Shown here: in pieces, positions 37,109 through 51,224 of the stretch
How the letters are laid out: each line of letters opens with the position of its first letter
Numbering within the stretch: position 1 is the stretch's first letter
NCBI GenBank assembly: GCA_030770535.1
Contig: JASVEC010000015.1
Span: forward strand, 682,001-746,000
DNA length: 64,000 bases
Origin: Batkoa obscura
Taxonomy: Eukaryota
Direction: 5' to 3'
Position numbers and translations under genes: made by a program
Notes under the pieces: generated by a model
What the model was told of the DNA's origin: nothing
What the model saw: only the letters and a program-made list of their open reading frames with translations
Databases searched by the model: none

Positions 37109-38338
37109 AGTCAAATTGGATAAAATATGTACCATAAGTACTGAAGAGTAATTTAAAATACATTGTGATGTTTGGTTTTTATAGTTTAAGTTTAACCTGT
37201 TTTGTAATACAACTATCAATTAGTTTTTGAAGTAGCACTACCAGCTATTATTATATTATAGTGTTTTAAGTATAGTTTGAATAAATTTAATTTGATACTG
37301 ATTGAATAGGACACTTGATACTTTTATCGTGATATTTTAAAAACCAAAATTCTAGAACTATAGTGAAGTTATATTAATACAGAAGTCAGATACCCTATTC
37401 CTAAGCATTATTTCGTTTTCATGTTTCATTATCTTTTATTTAAAAGCGAAGGAGTTATGTTTTAAACCTACATCGTAATAGACAATAAATGAACAATGGT
37501 AGTTGAGCTATTGACTGGAAATAAAATAAAGTTGAATAAAATAAAAAAAAGGCTTCCATATATGACTAATAAACTGAAAAGTTATTTATCAATAGTGATT
37601 TATTCGGTGTTTTTTGTTTTACGTGGTTGTATAGTGGACCTTTATGCTACTCCTCATATAATTGAAATTTTATAATTCTTAATTTCAAAAGCATTTACTC
37701 AAAATTATATACCTGTATCAGTATTTCATAGCATATCTTTGATTTATAATACTATTTATAAACCTCCATATAAACACATCTAAATACAAAATAGTTCGAA
37801 ACCAATATTTGAAGTGCCTTTTTGTTTAAGAATTCGACCAAATTCCTTAAGGTTTGAACTTCAAAGAGTGGACAAAATATTGAAGCAAAATAATGTATTT
37901 TTAAATTATCAAGCAACTTAGAGTTAGGTATCTTGTTGCTTTTAGCTTATGGTTATTTTTTTCTAAGGTGAATTTGAGGGCTGTATACTTTTATATACCC
38001 GTAAATTGACATTAAAAATCAACCCTGAACCAAAAATAACAAAAGTCTTGTAACTACAGCCCGTTTTAACTCAAATACATTTGGAATCAGTATATAACAA
38101 AGCAATCTAAAGGTTAGTAAATTAAAATTCATGTATATATAATAGTTAAAGTTATCAGTATACATAAACAATACATCTCTCTAGACAGTAAGAAATACTT
38201 AATGATAAACAGTTTTTTTTAAAACAATCTTTCAAGATTAGCTTAATAATTTATTTAATTGATGGAGTTTTTTAATTCGTATTGAGCTAGTAAATTGAAA
38301 CATTTAAATTGTCCATCTATAAATGCGTGCAATACACT

Positions 38339-39141
38339 TTAGTTGTTTGTTCTTTTGTTATTATTTCCCTCTTCTTCATCGTCGTCATCTCCGCGTCCAC
38401 GTTTCTTCTTATCATCTAAAAAATATTTAATAAGTTAAACAAAATCATAAATAATCTTACTCTTTGAAGCATTGAAGCTATTAGAAGCCCCAGTAGGTGC
38501 ATGAACCATATTTTCGTAAGTATCTTTAAGTACATTCTCACGGTTTTTCTCAATACTGGCTTTTTGATGTCCCCATCCTCCTCTTCCTGCATCAAATTCA
38601 GTACGGAATTCATCTCTTACCTATACAAAATAAATATACGTGATTAAATTTAGTCAAGTTTTTACTTGTCCTCCATTACGTCCACGACCGAATTGACGAC
38701 CCTCCATAAATCCGGGATCAATATCTGTTCTTATTATTCTATCATCTAACTTGGTACTATTTAAGAATTTCAAACAATCTACAGCGTCTTCATGGGAGTA
38801 ATATCTAAAATTGATTACCAATTATTAACTTTTATTAATTATTGGTTTCTTACTCAACAAAACAAAAGCCACAAGGAGTTTTCTTCATACGATCTAAACC
38901 CATAATGATACGTTTAATCTCGCCACATTTGGAAAATAACTCATGGATTTGCTCTTCAGAAGTGTAAAACGATAAGTTACCTACATATAAAGTTGAGCTT
39001 TGTTCCAACTTTTTAGCAAGTTCCGCTTTTTCCAACTATTTTCTTGGTTTAGATTGTTATTTTTCATGTTTATTTGCTTACTGGATTTTTATTGTCCTTA
39101 TACGTTGAAGGGGTATCTAATCTTGGTAATAGTGAAGCCAT
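38339..39141 (-). CDS. CBC2: Nuclear cap-binding complex small subunit (CBP20)
   Basis: [50 protein letters not shown]...DDRIIRTD...GRQFGRG...GGQ|VRDE. Five exons. Confidence 0.97.
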
Positions 39142-39772
39142 TTTAAAAAAAAGGAAGTTAATTTTTTACAATTTTGTTTAAAGTTGACTGCATTTATTTA
39201 GTGCAAAAGTTGGTGATTGAACATAAATTGGTACAATTTCAAGTGATAAAACAAATAATTGTTGACAGCTATTTTATAAAATGGTGACTCAATTTAAAGA
39301 ATTAAAATGGAATTATTGCTATTTCAACATACTAAAATATGCTCATATTTATATAAAATGTATTAAAACAAATCATTATAGTTTATAAAAAACAGTCAAA
39401 ATAAAACTAATTTTATTTCTAAAACTAGTTGAATAATTAAGCTATAAAATTTTGTTTGATAAGTATTGTTAGCTTAAAGTGGATAGAAAATATGATTTGA
39501 ATTGTTACTTGGCAAAACAAAAATAAAAAACCAAGAAAAGATCTAAATCATACATAAAAATAGATCAAATTTAATGAATATGAGTCGAAAACTCAGTCAA
39601 GTCTCTTAGTGTGGGCACTTAATTAATGTTTAGTCTTAAGATTCTTATCTTAGCCAATCAAATAAATTATAAAAATGATTCAATTTCTCCGCTAGGGTTA
39701 AAAGTAGTTCGTAAACAACTGAAAAACTCAAAGCTTTGGAATTTTATTTTTTCAAAATTTTAATTATTCTGT

Positions 39773-41805
39773 ATGATGGTCGGAGACAACAAAGAAGACG
39801 GAACTCAACCTCGATCATTTGAAAATTCCTTTTGGGTAATTATTAATTCATTTCGGGAAATATGATTAGTAACTTTTATTCAGGGAAAAGATGATAGAGG
39901 AGTTGAGACCTTGATGAATAAGATGCGTAAAGCAAAACAAACGTGTAACGAATTAAAAACTATACTTAACTCGAGGTAGCTTAAAATTCTAACCTTGTTT
40001 TAATATTTTAATATCTTTAGAGCTCAACTTGAAGAAGAATACGGTAAAAAATTATTGAAAATCTCAAAATGTGATATTGGAAAAGACGAGAGTGGGTAAG
40101 CAATATAATTAAAATTTTAGTAAATTTATTAATATCCTTAGTCATTTACAAAAGTCTCTAAGTCGCCTTAGAAGTGAGTTGGAAGCAAGTGGTAACGCTC
40201 ATATTGAGCTAAGCACAAAGATAAAAAGCGATATCGAAAGTAAGTTATCCATATTTATTAATCAGCAAAGGGAGAAAAGAAAAGAAGTAATGTATATTTA
40301 GTTTTTATATAAGATGTGTATTAAATAAAAGTAGCAAGCAGCTATTATAGAAAGATCGTCTAAAAGTAAATCATTGAAACATGCCAATTTATTAAAGGTA
40401 ACACTTATTTATTTTTACCTTATCAATCTAATTTATAATTAGATTAAAGAAAAGTATTTAAATGAAAAAACAAAAGCAAATAGCATGGAAGCTATTAATT
40501 CATCGGCTGCAAAAGATATCGAAAAAGTAAGTCTAATAGTATAAGTATATACAATTATTTATTATTTAGATCCAGCAAAGGCATCAAAAGATTAAACAAT
40601 TAGGTAATTTAGTTCATACTTTTGGGATCAATAACTTATAAATATAGAAACGGATTATTCTCAACTTTCGGGAGAACTTGAAGAGGCCACTAAAATCTGG
40701 CAGCACGATTGGAGAGTTTCATGCCGGGTAAGCAGTTTTTAAAAAAGTTGATTCAACATTAATAAATTATAGGTATTTCAAGAGTTAGAAGAACAAAGAA
40801 ATGATTTTTTAAAAAAAGTGATTTGGGACTATTCCAACGCAGTTGCGGAAGTGTGTGTCAAAGATGATGAGGTAAAAACAAGATTTTAAAAGCAATACCA
40901 GATAATAAATAATCATTTAGTCCTCTGAAAAAATACGTACCAATTTACAACAGCTTGTTGCTTCAAAAGAAATTCAAACATTTATTGATGAAAGAGCCAC
41001 TGGGTTTGACCCAGATTATGAAGTAGACGGTTCACCTATTTATGAAATTCCAAGCTTAGATTCTCCTTTGGAAGAAAGCTCTAATAGCTTTTCAATGGCA
41101 AAGCCTGCTCAGCTATTTAAAAAAGCTTTCAAAGTCCCGCATCATTTTTCAGCAAGCAACTCATTATTTAATATCAATAATAACAAGTCAAAATCAAACA
41201 GTGTTGATTCACCTACCTCACCTACAAAAACAACAACAGCTAGTAAAAGTACTGGAAACCTAAATCAATATAGTAGTGGTCGACAAAATGATTCTAGTGA
41301 CGATTTAAAAAGTCCATCACCACCAAATGGCAGTAATAATAACATTAAAGCATCAAGTTCATTAGCATCCTTTTATGATGAAGTTATTGAAGAAGAAAAG
41401 AATAATAAAGAAATAAAGAATCCATCAAGTTCTAACTTAAAAGCTGCTAACATTAGTACTAATGAATTGAACTCGTCTTCTACTATCTCTAATTTAAATA
41501 TGCAAGTTGTATCCCCACCCTTAGCTACTCCTTCTGCCCCACCAAGTTATCCTGTTGCTAGACCTTTGTTTTTTGGTAAGTGAATTGAGTTATTTAGTAA
41601 TTGACGTATTAATCAAGTCTTAGTAAGAGTACTTTACGACTATCTAAGAGAAATGGAACAGGAGCTAACAATTCAACAAGGACAAATACTAGCGGTATTA
41701 GCTACCCATGATGATGGCTGGTGGGAAGGCGAATTTGTGGACCCAAATACCGGGGTGGCTACTAGAGGTATATTTCCTTCCAATTTTACTCAGCGTGTTG
41801 ATTAG
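39773..41805 (+). CDS. F-BAR + SH3 cytokinesis protein (Cdc15/Imp2/Hof1 family)
   Basis: SFENSFW|GKDDRGVETL...R|AQLEEEYGKKL...FQELEEQRNDFLKKVIWDYSN...CVKDDE; Ser-rich linker; SH3 VLYDY...DDGWWEG...RGIFPSNFT. Many short introns. Confidence 0.9.
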
Positions 41806-42912
41806 CTTGAAACGTTTAAGTTATTTTCATCAACCAAAATGAGCTGAGTTGTTTTTTCAGATCAACTATGTTAATATATAATAATCTCATTCTTTTACTT
41901 GGGTTTTAATGTGTTTGAATTAAAGTCTTTATTATTAATAAATAATATGTTTTATTGATGTTGTATCGATTTGTTTATTATTGGTATTAATATTTATAGA
42001 CATAAAATAAATTTAATGTTTTGATAAATTAAAATCAACTTCAAAATGAATGAATTAATTTCAAACCATACTGAAAATCTTGACATAAATTTTAATAAAT
42101 TATCAATTTCCAATATATCATAATATCATTTCAAACAGCGAAGCTTTACAAAATAATGTTTGATTTATTTAAATATTTATCAATAGTCCTTTATTGTACT
42201 AATTGAAAAAGTAAAAGTTACATAAATAATAAAGATATCTAATCCAATGTTAATAAATAATAGTAGTACAAAAACAAATTATGATAAATTCTATTTTTTA
42301 ACGTTAAATTAAATTGTCTAAAATAAAGTTAGACAACTATTTTTATAATCTGATAGCAAATAAAATAGAATCCTTACTATAGACGATGTTTGTAACATAA
42401 CAATGAAATAATTTAAAATGTAACCTATAGTAACAATTCAAGTATTAAATAATTGAAAATAAGTGGCACTGTTTAAGTAATAGTTGACTAACTTATGAAA
42501 AATATACACTAATTGGCTTAATTTCATACTTCAAAAATTCTTTGAATTTCGTTTTAATAGATTTAATTCAAATTTAATCCAAACTCAATTTTACTGTAGC
42601 TAATAGATATCGCATATACAATGATATAATTAAATTTTATTGGATCACTGCAAAGTGGAGAAAATCGGTTGAATTCTTAATTGATTTTTTTAAATAAGGT
42701 TTTAAATTACCAAAGTTAGAATTGAAAGAGTGACTGCTAAACAAATGTTTAATTTTCATGAGAAGTTGAATTACAGTGAATGACTACCTCATTTAATAGA
42801 CTAACTACCTCATGGAGATGAAAATTAAAGGATAAATAGAAAAGATTTAAATACAGCTCAACTTTTTTTTATCAAATTTATTTATATTTTTTTAGAAAAC
42901 TAGTAGTAACAA

Positions 42913-44086
42913 ATGGTACAAACTGTAGATGGTGGAGACTCGAAATTAAACTTGGTTTCAAAACCAAGTACCGCTACTTTAACTAATACTACAGAGGTTA
43001 AAAAGAAAGTTACCCCAAATCTCGCCACTCATCTTATTGCCGGTGGTGCTGCCGGTCTAATGGAAGCTTGTATATGCCATCCACTTGATACTATAAAAGT
43101 TCGAATGCAATTGAAACGTACAAAGGTAATTGAACTTTAGATCCTTATTAGATGTGAAGACCTTTTCTAAATATTTGTAGCAAAGTGGAAGCTTCTTTTC
43201 AGTTGGATCCAGAATAGTACAAAAAGAGGGTGCCCTTGCTCTTTATAAAGGACTGGGAGCCGTTGTATCTGGTATTGTACCCAAAATGGCAATAAGGTTT
43301 TCTTCCTTTGAATATTATAAATCCGTATTGGCAAATAAGGAAGGAAAGGGAAATGTTTACAAAACATTCTTTGGTAATTTTTGTTATTTAAAAAAATGAT
43401 TCAATGTTAACTCTTTTTTCTAGCTGGGTTAGGAGCTGGTATAACTGAAGCAGTTTTAATCGTTACCCCTATGGATGTAATCAAAATTCGATTACAAGCT
43501 CAGCGTCACTCCATGGTTGATCCTTTAGATGTTCCTAAATATCGTAATGCAGGTCATGCCGCTTATTTAATTGTTAAAGAAGAAGGTATTGGTGCACTTT
43601 ATAAAGGTTTAGCATTAACCGCATTAAGACAAGGTAGCTTTATTTTCTATGTAAAATACTCTAATATTTATCGCCTTGTTAGCTACCAATCAAGCTGTAA
43701 ATTTTGCTGCCTATCAAGAATTCAAAAAGATGGCGTTAAATGCTCAACCAGATAAAACTGAATTACCTAGTTATCAACATTTGCTTTTGGGTGGTTTAAG
43801 TGGAGCTATGGGACCAATGTCTAATGCACCCATTGATACCATTAAAACACGTATCCAAAAGACACCTAATCTTACCGGGGAATCGAGTTTAACACGTACT
43901 AAAAATATTGTCACGCAAATGGTAAAAGAAGAAGGATGGAGAGCACTTTATAAAGGATTAACACCCCGTTTGATGAGAGTTGCACCAGGTCAAGCCATTA
44001 CTTTCATGGTTTATGAAAAAGTTAAGGGTTGGATGGAATCATTTAAGAAAGGGGTTGAAAATGAAGAACTTGGCGCTACAGAGTAA
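42913..44086 (+). CDS. SFC1: Mitochondrial succinate-fumarate carrier
   Basis: Three PxDxxKxRxQ repeats (HPLDTIKVRMQ, PMDVIKIRLQAQ, APIDTIKTRIQ). RLQAQRHSMVDPLDVPKYRNA, RQ|ATNQA and TPRLMRVAPGQA are typical of SFC1/ACR1. Confidence 0.9.
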
Positions 44087-44879
44087 ATGCAAGGCCTTAT
44101 CTTCTCCCTCTTTTAACTGTGAAGCATTATATTCCATGCCAATATTATTGAAGCAATAAACGATTGTTAACTATTGTTTTATAATGTAAGTACATCTGAT
44201 TCCTAAACAGAAAACAAAAAATTAAAGTCTTTGTTTCTATGGTAGACTAAACTTGATAGATAATATAGTTTCAAAACTTCAAAATACTATATTTATATAA
44301 ATTTATAAGGAACTAACACCTATTTTATTTAATAAATACTTAATTTGAAATTACATTTTACAAAAATAATAATCAATATTTTTTAATTTTTTGACATTAG
44401 TTAGTAAATGGCGATTTGTAATCAATTTATATTTTAATTATAAAAGTTAATTTAGAAAACAAGCAATTATCATGTAAAGCTTGGTTACCTGTTGTAAAGA
44501 ACTATTCCAAAATGTAAAAATTTCTTTATTCACATATTGAAATCCACATAGTAACTATAACAGTATAATTAATTTTTAATAAATTAAACTTAATCAATTT
44601 TTGAGAACTACTCGTTTATAAAATTTGCAGACAACCTTTTTATTTCAGTATTTAATTTTTAATTTTTAAATAGCATAATACAAACAAAATAATAAAAAGA
44701 CAATCATGTTTGTTTTCGTTGTCAACAATGAAATATTGCTGTTCACTTTAGATATAGAGATCAAGAATTTTAAAAGAGCCCCCCCCTGCTCTTCAAAAAT
44801 AAACTAGTTTTCCATAAAACATACTCATACTTCAAACTGAGCACCTTTAGATAACTTTGAGATTATTATAAAAAGCTAT

Positions 44880-45062
44880 GAGGATGCATATGGGGATTTA
44901 TTTTTTTGTTTAAGAATTTTACTAATAAATTTTCCGCTTAAATAGCGCTCAAAAAATGGAAAAAGTAATGAAACAAAAAAACATCCACATATTTTGTTTA
45001 AGAAATTTACTGACACTTTTTCTGCTCAATAGCACTTAACAGAAAAAGTAGTAAAAAACACT
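44880..45062 (-). mobile_element. Older degenerate family-1 MITE split by a nested younger copy
   Basis: GAGGATGC-ATAT [insert] ATAT-TTTGTTTAAGAAATTTACTGACACTTTTTCTGCTCAATAGCACTTAA follows the family consensus once the insert is removed. Confidence 0.75.
44892..44988 (-). mobile_element. MITE copy (family 1), nested
   Basis: GGGGATTT...ACATCCAC; ATAT on both flanks. Confidence 0.9.
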
Positions 45063-45328
45063 AGTATTTTTAAAAAAGTTTTTTGTTAATTTCCTGCGAA
45101 GAATGGGCAAAATTTCAAAACAAACGTCAGCCATAGGTTTGGCATGTTTGGCTAATGATTGGCTTGGTTTGGATTTTAAAAAAACAAACAGCAAAGTAAT
45201 TGGCCGCCAAGACACAGAATGTGACGTGGAGCATGATATCATAAATTCCTAAAATATGGTTATTTAAATGGATTTATAAATACGAATGGATTAGTTTTTT
45301 ATTTACAAAGATCAGTTTAAATTTAAAA

Positions 45329-46505
45329 ATGTCATATAATAATTATCCAGGAGACTTCAACCAAGGAGGATACAATTCAGGGCCCCCAGGCGGCTTCAAT
45401 CAAGGGGGATACAACTCGGGACCTCCAAGTAATTTTGGAGGTAGCAGCGAAAGTTTCGATGAGATTGACTTTGATTCCATTAATCCTAATGCCGAACCTT
45501 GGGAAATTGCTAAGAATTTAACTGGTGGTGAAAGGGATCTTAGCTTCTCAAGTAACGATTTGCAAAACGCTTTTAATAAGGTAAATAGCTTTATTAACTA
45601 GTTGCTTTTTTTACTAATCTTTGATTAAAGGCTCAACACATGAATGTAGATATTGATACTAACCGCTCAAGAGATATGTTTGACCAAGCTAACGTAACCG
45701 CAAGAGTAAGTTTCTATTCTAAAAACACTTTTTAAAATAACCTAATAATTAGGGCGGGGGTGGTACCAGTATGACAACTAAACTTATTGCAGGTGCCGCT
45801 GGTTTTGCTGCAATGAATTATTACCAAAATTATCAAAAAAAGCAAGGTAAAACTGTACATTATGCCTTTTTGAAAAAAATGGTTGCTGGTGTAGCTATGG
45901 CTCAAGCAGTAAAGATGTTTAATAAAAACACCCAAGGTGGTAGCGGGTTTATGGGAATGGGAGGAAAGAGAGATATTGAGGCATCACGTGAGGCTGTTGC
46001 AGCAGAAGCTGCCGCTAATGCAATGAAACTTGTAGATGAGCAATACGGTGATCAACAAGGTGGTTATGGAGGCAACCAACAGGGCGGTTATGGAGGTAAC
46101 CAACAAGGTGGTTATGGAGGTAACCAACAAGGTGGTTATGGAGGCAATCAATATGGATCTGGTCCTAATGTCCCACAAGGTCCAGGGAGTTACAATCCTC
46201 CTAATCAAGGAGGGGGCTATGGAGGTAACCAAGGTGGCTATGGACAACCTCCATCTTACAGCAGTGGTCCACAAGGCGGTAGCTTTGGTGGTGATTATAA
46301 AGACCCACAAGGAGGATATGGTGGAAATCAAGGAGGATACGGTGGAAATCAAGGGGGATACGGTGGTAATCAAGGGAACCAAGGAGGATATGGCGGTAAC
46401 CAAGGCTATCCACCACAGCCTGGATTCCCAGGTCAAGGTAATCCACCATCTAACAACCCACCAGGTCCAGGGGGGTTTATTGACCCTAGTCAACGCAGAT
46501 ATTAA
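45329..46505 (+). CDS. CipC-like (DUF3759-like) domain protein with G/Q/N/Y-rich low-complexity termini (about 3 exons)
   Basis: [42 protein letters not shown] resembles recalled Cip[45 protein letters not shown](Q) repeats. Confidence 0.75.
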
Positions 46506-47141
46506 TAACCTTTTAACATCAAGATTATCTCCGACTATATATTAATATAAAAATTATTTAAATTTATTATTTTATGTTTTGATGAATTTGCTATTACTTT
46601 TTTTAGAAAATAACCAATCATGTCAAATATATTAACTATTAAAATTTATTGTATCTAATTTGTAAGAAAATAATTATTGTGGTTACTAATTTATACAGAT
46701 ATCTAATTAGTTCATTGAACTCAATTGAAGATAATAGCAAAGAGACGTTAACAGACTATCCTATTTTAACATTAGGGTCATAGCCATTTTTAAGTTAAAT
46801 AGACAACATGGCTTTGAACTAGTAGAAAAGGTCATTAGAGTGGTGAATCTGTTCAAAGTAACTCGGATTTGATTTATACGTCCCATGACTAACCTTAGTA
46901 CATTTATACTGTTTTAAACCTTTGATATACTTTATGTAAATAAAATCGATGATTATATACCTATAGCTACTAGTGGGCCTTTCGTATGGACGATATTATC
47001 ATTTAAAATGTTACTATTTATTATTCAAGAATTGTAACTCTGAAATTCAATTTTTGCAGTCTTCAAAAATAAGTTAAAAATTAAACTAAAAAAATACAAA
47101 AATAGTCTCATTCTTAAGATTTTAATTATTTAAAAGTTTCA

Positions 47142-48764
47142 ATGAGCAAGGCGCCAACAATAGAAGATACAATACAAGAATGCACAAAAAAACTAAGTAA
47201 CGTTAATGCAGCGGTAAATAGATTAAATAAAAGAAAAATAAAACAACTTAAATTGCCATTAGTTATTGGCTGGAGTTAACGAAATCAAAATAGCCAGTGA
47301 CAAGTTTAGTCGATTTAATAAAATAGCAAAGTTTACTCAGGTAAAAGCATTTTTAAAAAGATATGAAGTTTAACAGCTAAAAGAAACCAAAATTTAATAG
47401 CAACATGAGATTTATACAAATCGAGAGATGGAAACAATTAAACAAAAAAGAGCCCAAACAATAACTCCAAAGTTACCAGGGTTAGTGATTGTTTGTAATG
47501 AGCGACTAGAGGAGCTATTAGAACTATCGAAAATTTATATGCAAGAAGTAATGAAAAGTTAAAAATCAAAGATAAATTGGATAACCAGTATAAATAGATC
47601 GATTTTTATTTAGATGTACAAGCCGGTGATATTGACGTTGAAGATTTGAAAAAAAATAAAGCAAAAATAATAGAAAGGGCAGAGAAATTGAGCGGTGTTA
47701 AGTTTAAAAAAGAAATTGCTAATAACGAAAAGGTAAACCATCTTGACTCTTGTTTAAATAGAAGGCGATTCATAATTTAGAAAAGAGAATATGAAAGAAT
47801 GAAATACTGGGTCGAAAATTTAGAAAAAGGAGGGGTGGTAAATAAGGTAAATTGCTGTATTTACTATAAAGAATATTTGATATAGTTGTCAATAGGAAAT
47901 ATTAAGAGAAATGTTAATATTTAAAAGTAAAAAAGATTACCTTGAGATTGAAAACAAAAGAAAAGCCAACAAAGAGGCACTTTTAAAAACAGAAGTAAAG
48001 ATTCATGAACTAGAACGTAAAAAAGAACGTTACGATTTATTAGTTCAAAGAATTGGCAATACTAAGTGGGAGACTAATGATAGTGGTAAGCAGAGTATAA
48101 AATATTATTTGGATTACTAACTATCAAGTTAGATATCCAATGTGTTCGTGAAGTATTAAAACAGATTCTTGTATCTTTTCAACAGAATACCTATATCATT
48201 GAAGATAAAAATGGTAATTTATTTTTAATCACATGGAATTTAAATTTACAAATTTCATTTAGGTTTAAAAGGACTACTGAAAACACTTGAAGCTGAGCTC
48301 ATTAAAATGAAAGATATTGTAACTAATCTTAAATCTCTTTTAATTGTTTTAATTTAATTTTAATTTTTAGATAACAAATCAACTTCAAGAAAAGTTAATA
48401 CTGGAGTTTAAAAAGTATAGTCCAGGTTTATTGGAGAAATTCCTATTGTTTTTTCCAAAATCCATTGCTACTTTAATGTCAGAAATAGTAGATTATTTAT
48501 ATACTGCGCCAGATAGAGAACGTTTAGTGAGTAGCATGATAGAAGTAAATAATAATAATGCTAAATTTTATAAATACTAATGATTTGTAGAAATTTAAAG
48601 ATAATCAAGATTTTGCAGCTAACGGCGAAGAAGTTTTAAGTATTCTATTTAAGTTAGAGCTAATTGTAGCAAACTCAGCAGGCTTTATTCAAACTGACCC
48701 TAACTGGGGTATTTCAGATCTTCTTAATCCAGAGTATACCATTTACCTTGCATTAAATTTGTAA
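47142..48764 (+). CDS. ~390-aa, 10-exon protein with N-terminal Spc19 (DASH complex)-like region and a long C-terminal extension
   Basis: Ten exons join in frame via GT-AG introns. IQECTKKL...DKFSRFNKIAKFTQQHEIY...QTITPKL follows the recalled fungal Spc19 pattern (C...DFPRL...TRHFEL...EITP) without gaps. Confidence 0.6.
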
Positions 48765-48802
48765 TTATTGCTTATCTATATCATTTTATTCAATTTCTTT
48801 TA

Positions 48803-50102
48803 TCAATTTCTTTTATCAATTTCTTTATCATCACTTTCATCATTTTTATCCTCCTCTTGATTTTCTTTATCATTTTCATCTTGCTCGTCTTCTTTATCGT
48901 TTGCGTCATCTACATCTTTGCCTTCTTGTTCATCTCCATTCTCATTGATATCGGTTATGTTCATATTTTGCCTAAGTCTTCTTTGTGGTATAACCTTTAA
49001 AAACGCTTGCTCCCAATCCTTTATATTTAAATATTGTAATAAAATTTCAAACACTAAAACATTAGAAATTAAACTAAATTTCAAAAAAATACATCTATAA
49101 AATTAATACCATGATTCACTGCTAATACTTTACGACTTGCTATTTTTATGTAATCCCCGATTGGCAATTTAGCACTTTTTATACCCAACTCTTTAGCTTT
49201 GTTCAATGTCAAAAACTAAATATTAATGATAAATAAATGTAATATAAACAATAATAATGATAACCTTATGTCTATTTTTATCAACAATCCCACCAATTAT
49301 ATAAGTTTTCGTGATATCCAACTCAGAAATAGTATCTTCGGCATCTGCTGTAAGATAAATAGTATCTTCTTTATTAATCAAATTGCCGAAATGGTTTTCT
49401 GTAAGTGTTACATCTTTCCAATTTTTAGAGTCTTGCTTTTTTGTATTAAAATACTCTAAAATCCTTCCTTTAATATCAGTTACATACAAGTTGACCTGAT
49501 TTTCATTTTGTCGATTGAATGCATAGCATCTAGCTACTTGATTACAAACCGAAGATATTTCCTAATACATATATTAATATATTTATTTAGGCTGAAATTA
49601 TATTACTTTGTCATTCATCAATTTATCAAAATCCATATCAATAACAATTTTCAATGGTAAAGCAACTTGGTTTTCGACTTTTGGTTTAGGTTTATACTGA
49701 TCCTCAATCAATCCTAAAATAAGATTGAATACTTTTTTTCATTAATTCAGACAAATAGCTACCTTGCTTTATTAACTGTTTACGCTCTTTCTTTTTCATT
49801 TTTTGTTTTTGGCGTACTTGAGTTATCCATTCTTTATGTGTTTCTTCCCTCAACTCCCTCTTCTTCATTTTTTTATATGCGCTCTTACTCATTCCTTCAG
49901 GCACTGGCCCATACCCTGGATGTCTTTTAATTTCTTTTTTGACTTCTTTTTGAGCTTCTATTTTTTCGCCTTCTCTTTGATTTTCTATTTGACCATTTTC
50001 ATTACTTTGCTCTACAACTTTCGGATTGTCCTCTTTAACGTCTGCTTCTATATCCTTGGTATTGGTTAATTGAATCAAAGGGCTAATTTTATTATCACTC
50101 AT
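48803..50102 (-). CDS. TRM10: tRNA m1G9 methyltransferase Trm10
   Basis: [40 protein letters not shown]...[26 protein letters not shown]. The start could alternatively be ATG 50168. Confidence 0.95.
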
Positions 50103-51224
50103 TCTGTTAAGATAAAAGGACTTATGATAGTTTGATTTAAAAATAAAATTTGAAAAATATTTTTTCATTACAAAGTTTGGAGATTGAAGCTAGATTTCCA
50201 TTTTTGTCCCACAAGGATCTTATTTGCTGTATTTTTTTACGAGTTTTTGTTTTATCTCACTTAAATTTGGAGATGATTAAATGATACACTGATGCCTGAA
50301 ACTAATTTATTAGTCCTATGTGGTCAGAACCAAAGTATCTAAATGGAATTCCTCGTTTATGATCCATAATAAAAATTAATTTTAATAATAATATTTTAGT
50401 AATTTTTCTTAGTTCAAATTATTATAAAAGAATGAATTATCAATAAAATGTTGTATTTAAATGCACAAATATTATCAATTATTTTCCAAAGTTAAATATT
50501 TATGATATAAAAGCTACTATTTACTGCTAATCTAGTCATATAACTAGATGTGCTCATTTTTCCATACTATTTCACATCCAGTAAAACAGTACATAAATTA
50601 GCTTTAGTTTTAGTTAATTTATAAGTTAAAGATTTAACTTCCTCTATTGAACCAAAGCTTTAGTTGCTTTTCTGTAAATGAACCAGTACATTGTCTTTGG
50701 AACTGATGGATATATTATATTGAAATCCATATTCCCAATTATGAGTAGGAATACTATTTCGACCCAACTGATTAAACTTTGATAGAAATTTGGATAGTCT
50801 GTCTTTAAATATATCACTTTTATATTTTGTATCTATAAATTTAAATGAGGTCTAGTGCAAAAAAATAATTCTTAATACAAACAACCTAAACACAAGCGTA
50901 TGACTCATTAGGCTATAGTCTAACATGTATGTTTTTGCATAAAATTTTATTAGTATCTCTAGAGCCAAGTTTATACTTTGCTTTATCAAAATAACACTTC
51001 TACCCTTTAAGAATTTCAAATCCCCTGTACTCATTTTTGTTGATTACTATAATTTATATATTGTTAAAAACAAAGCGATTGTAACATAAAAGTACACGCT
51101 TGGAACTTTACTATTAAATTATCTTTTCTATAAGAAATGTCAATAGTAAGTCATTTATTATATATTATATCAAAAACATTTTAACTTTTGGATTTAAAAT
51201 TAGTTTAGAAAAGTGAGGGAAACT

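Noticed and set aside
45984..46545. Alternative-frame and antisense ORFs over the Gly-rich gene
   Set aside because: Shadows of the tandem repeats and the locally higher GC content.
48790..48830. 13-bp tandem repeat TCAATTTCTTTTA at the TRM10 stop
   Set aside because: Simple slippage duplication with no evident function.
50640..51034. Minus-strand coding-like remnant
   Set aside because: Fragmented; no family recognised.
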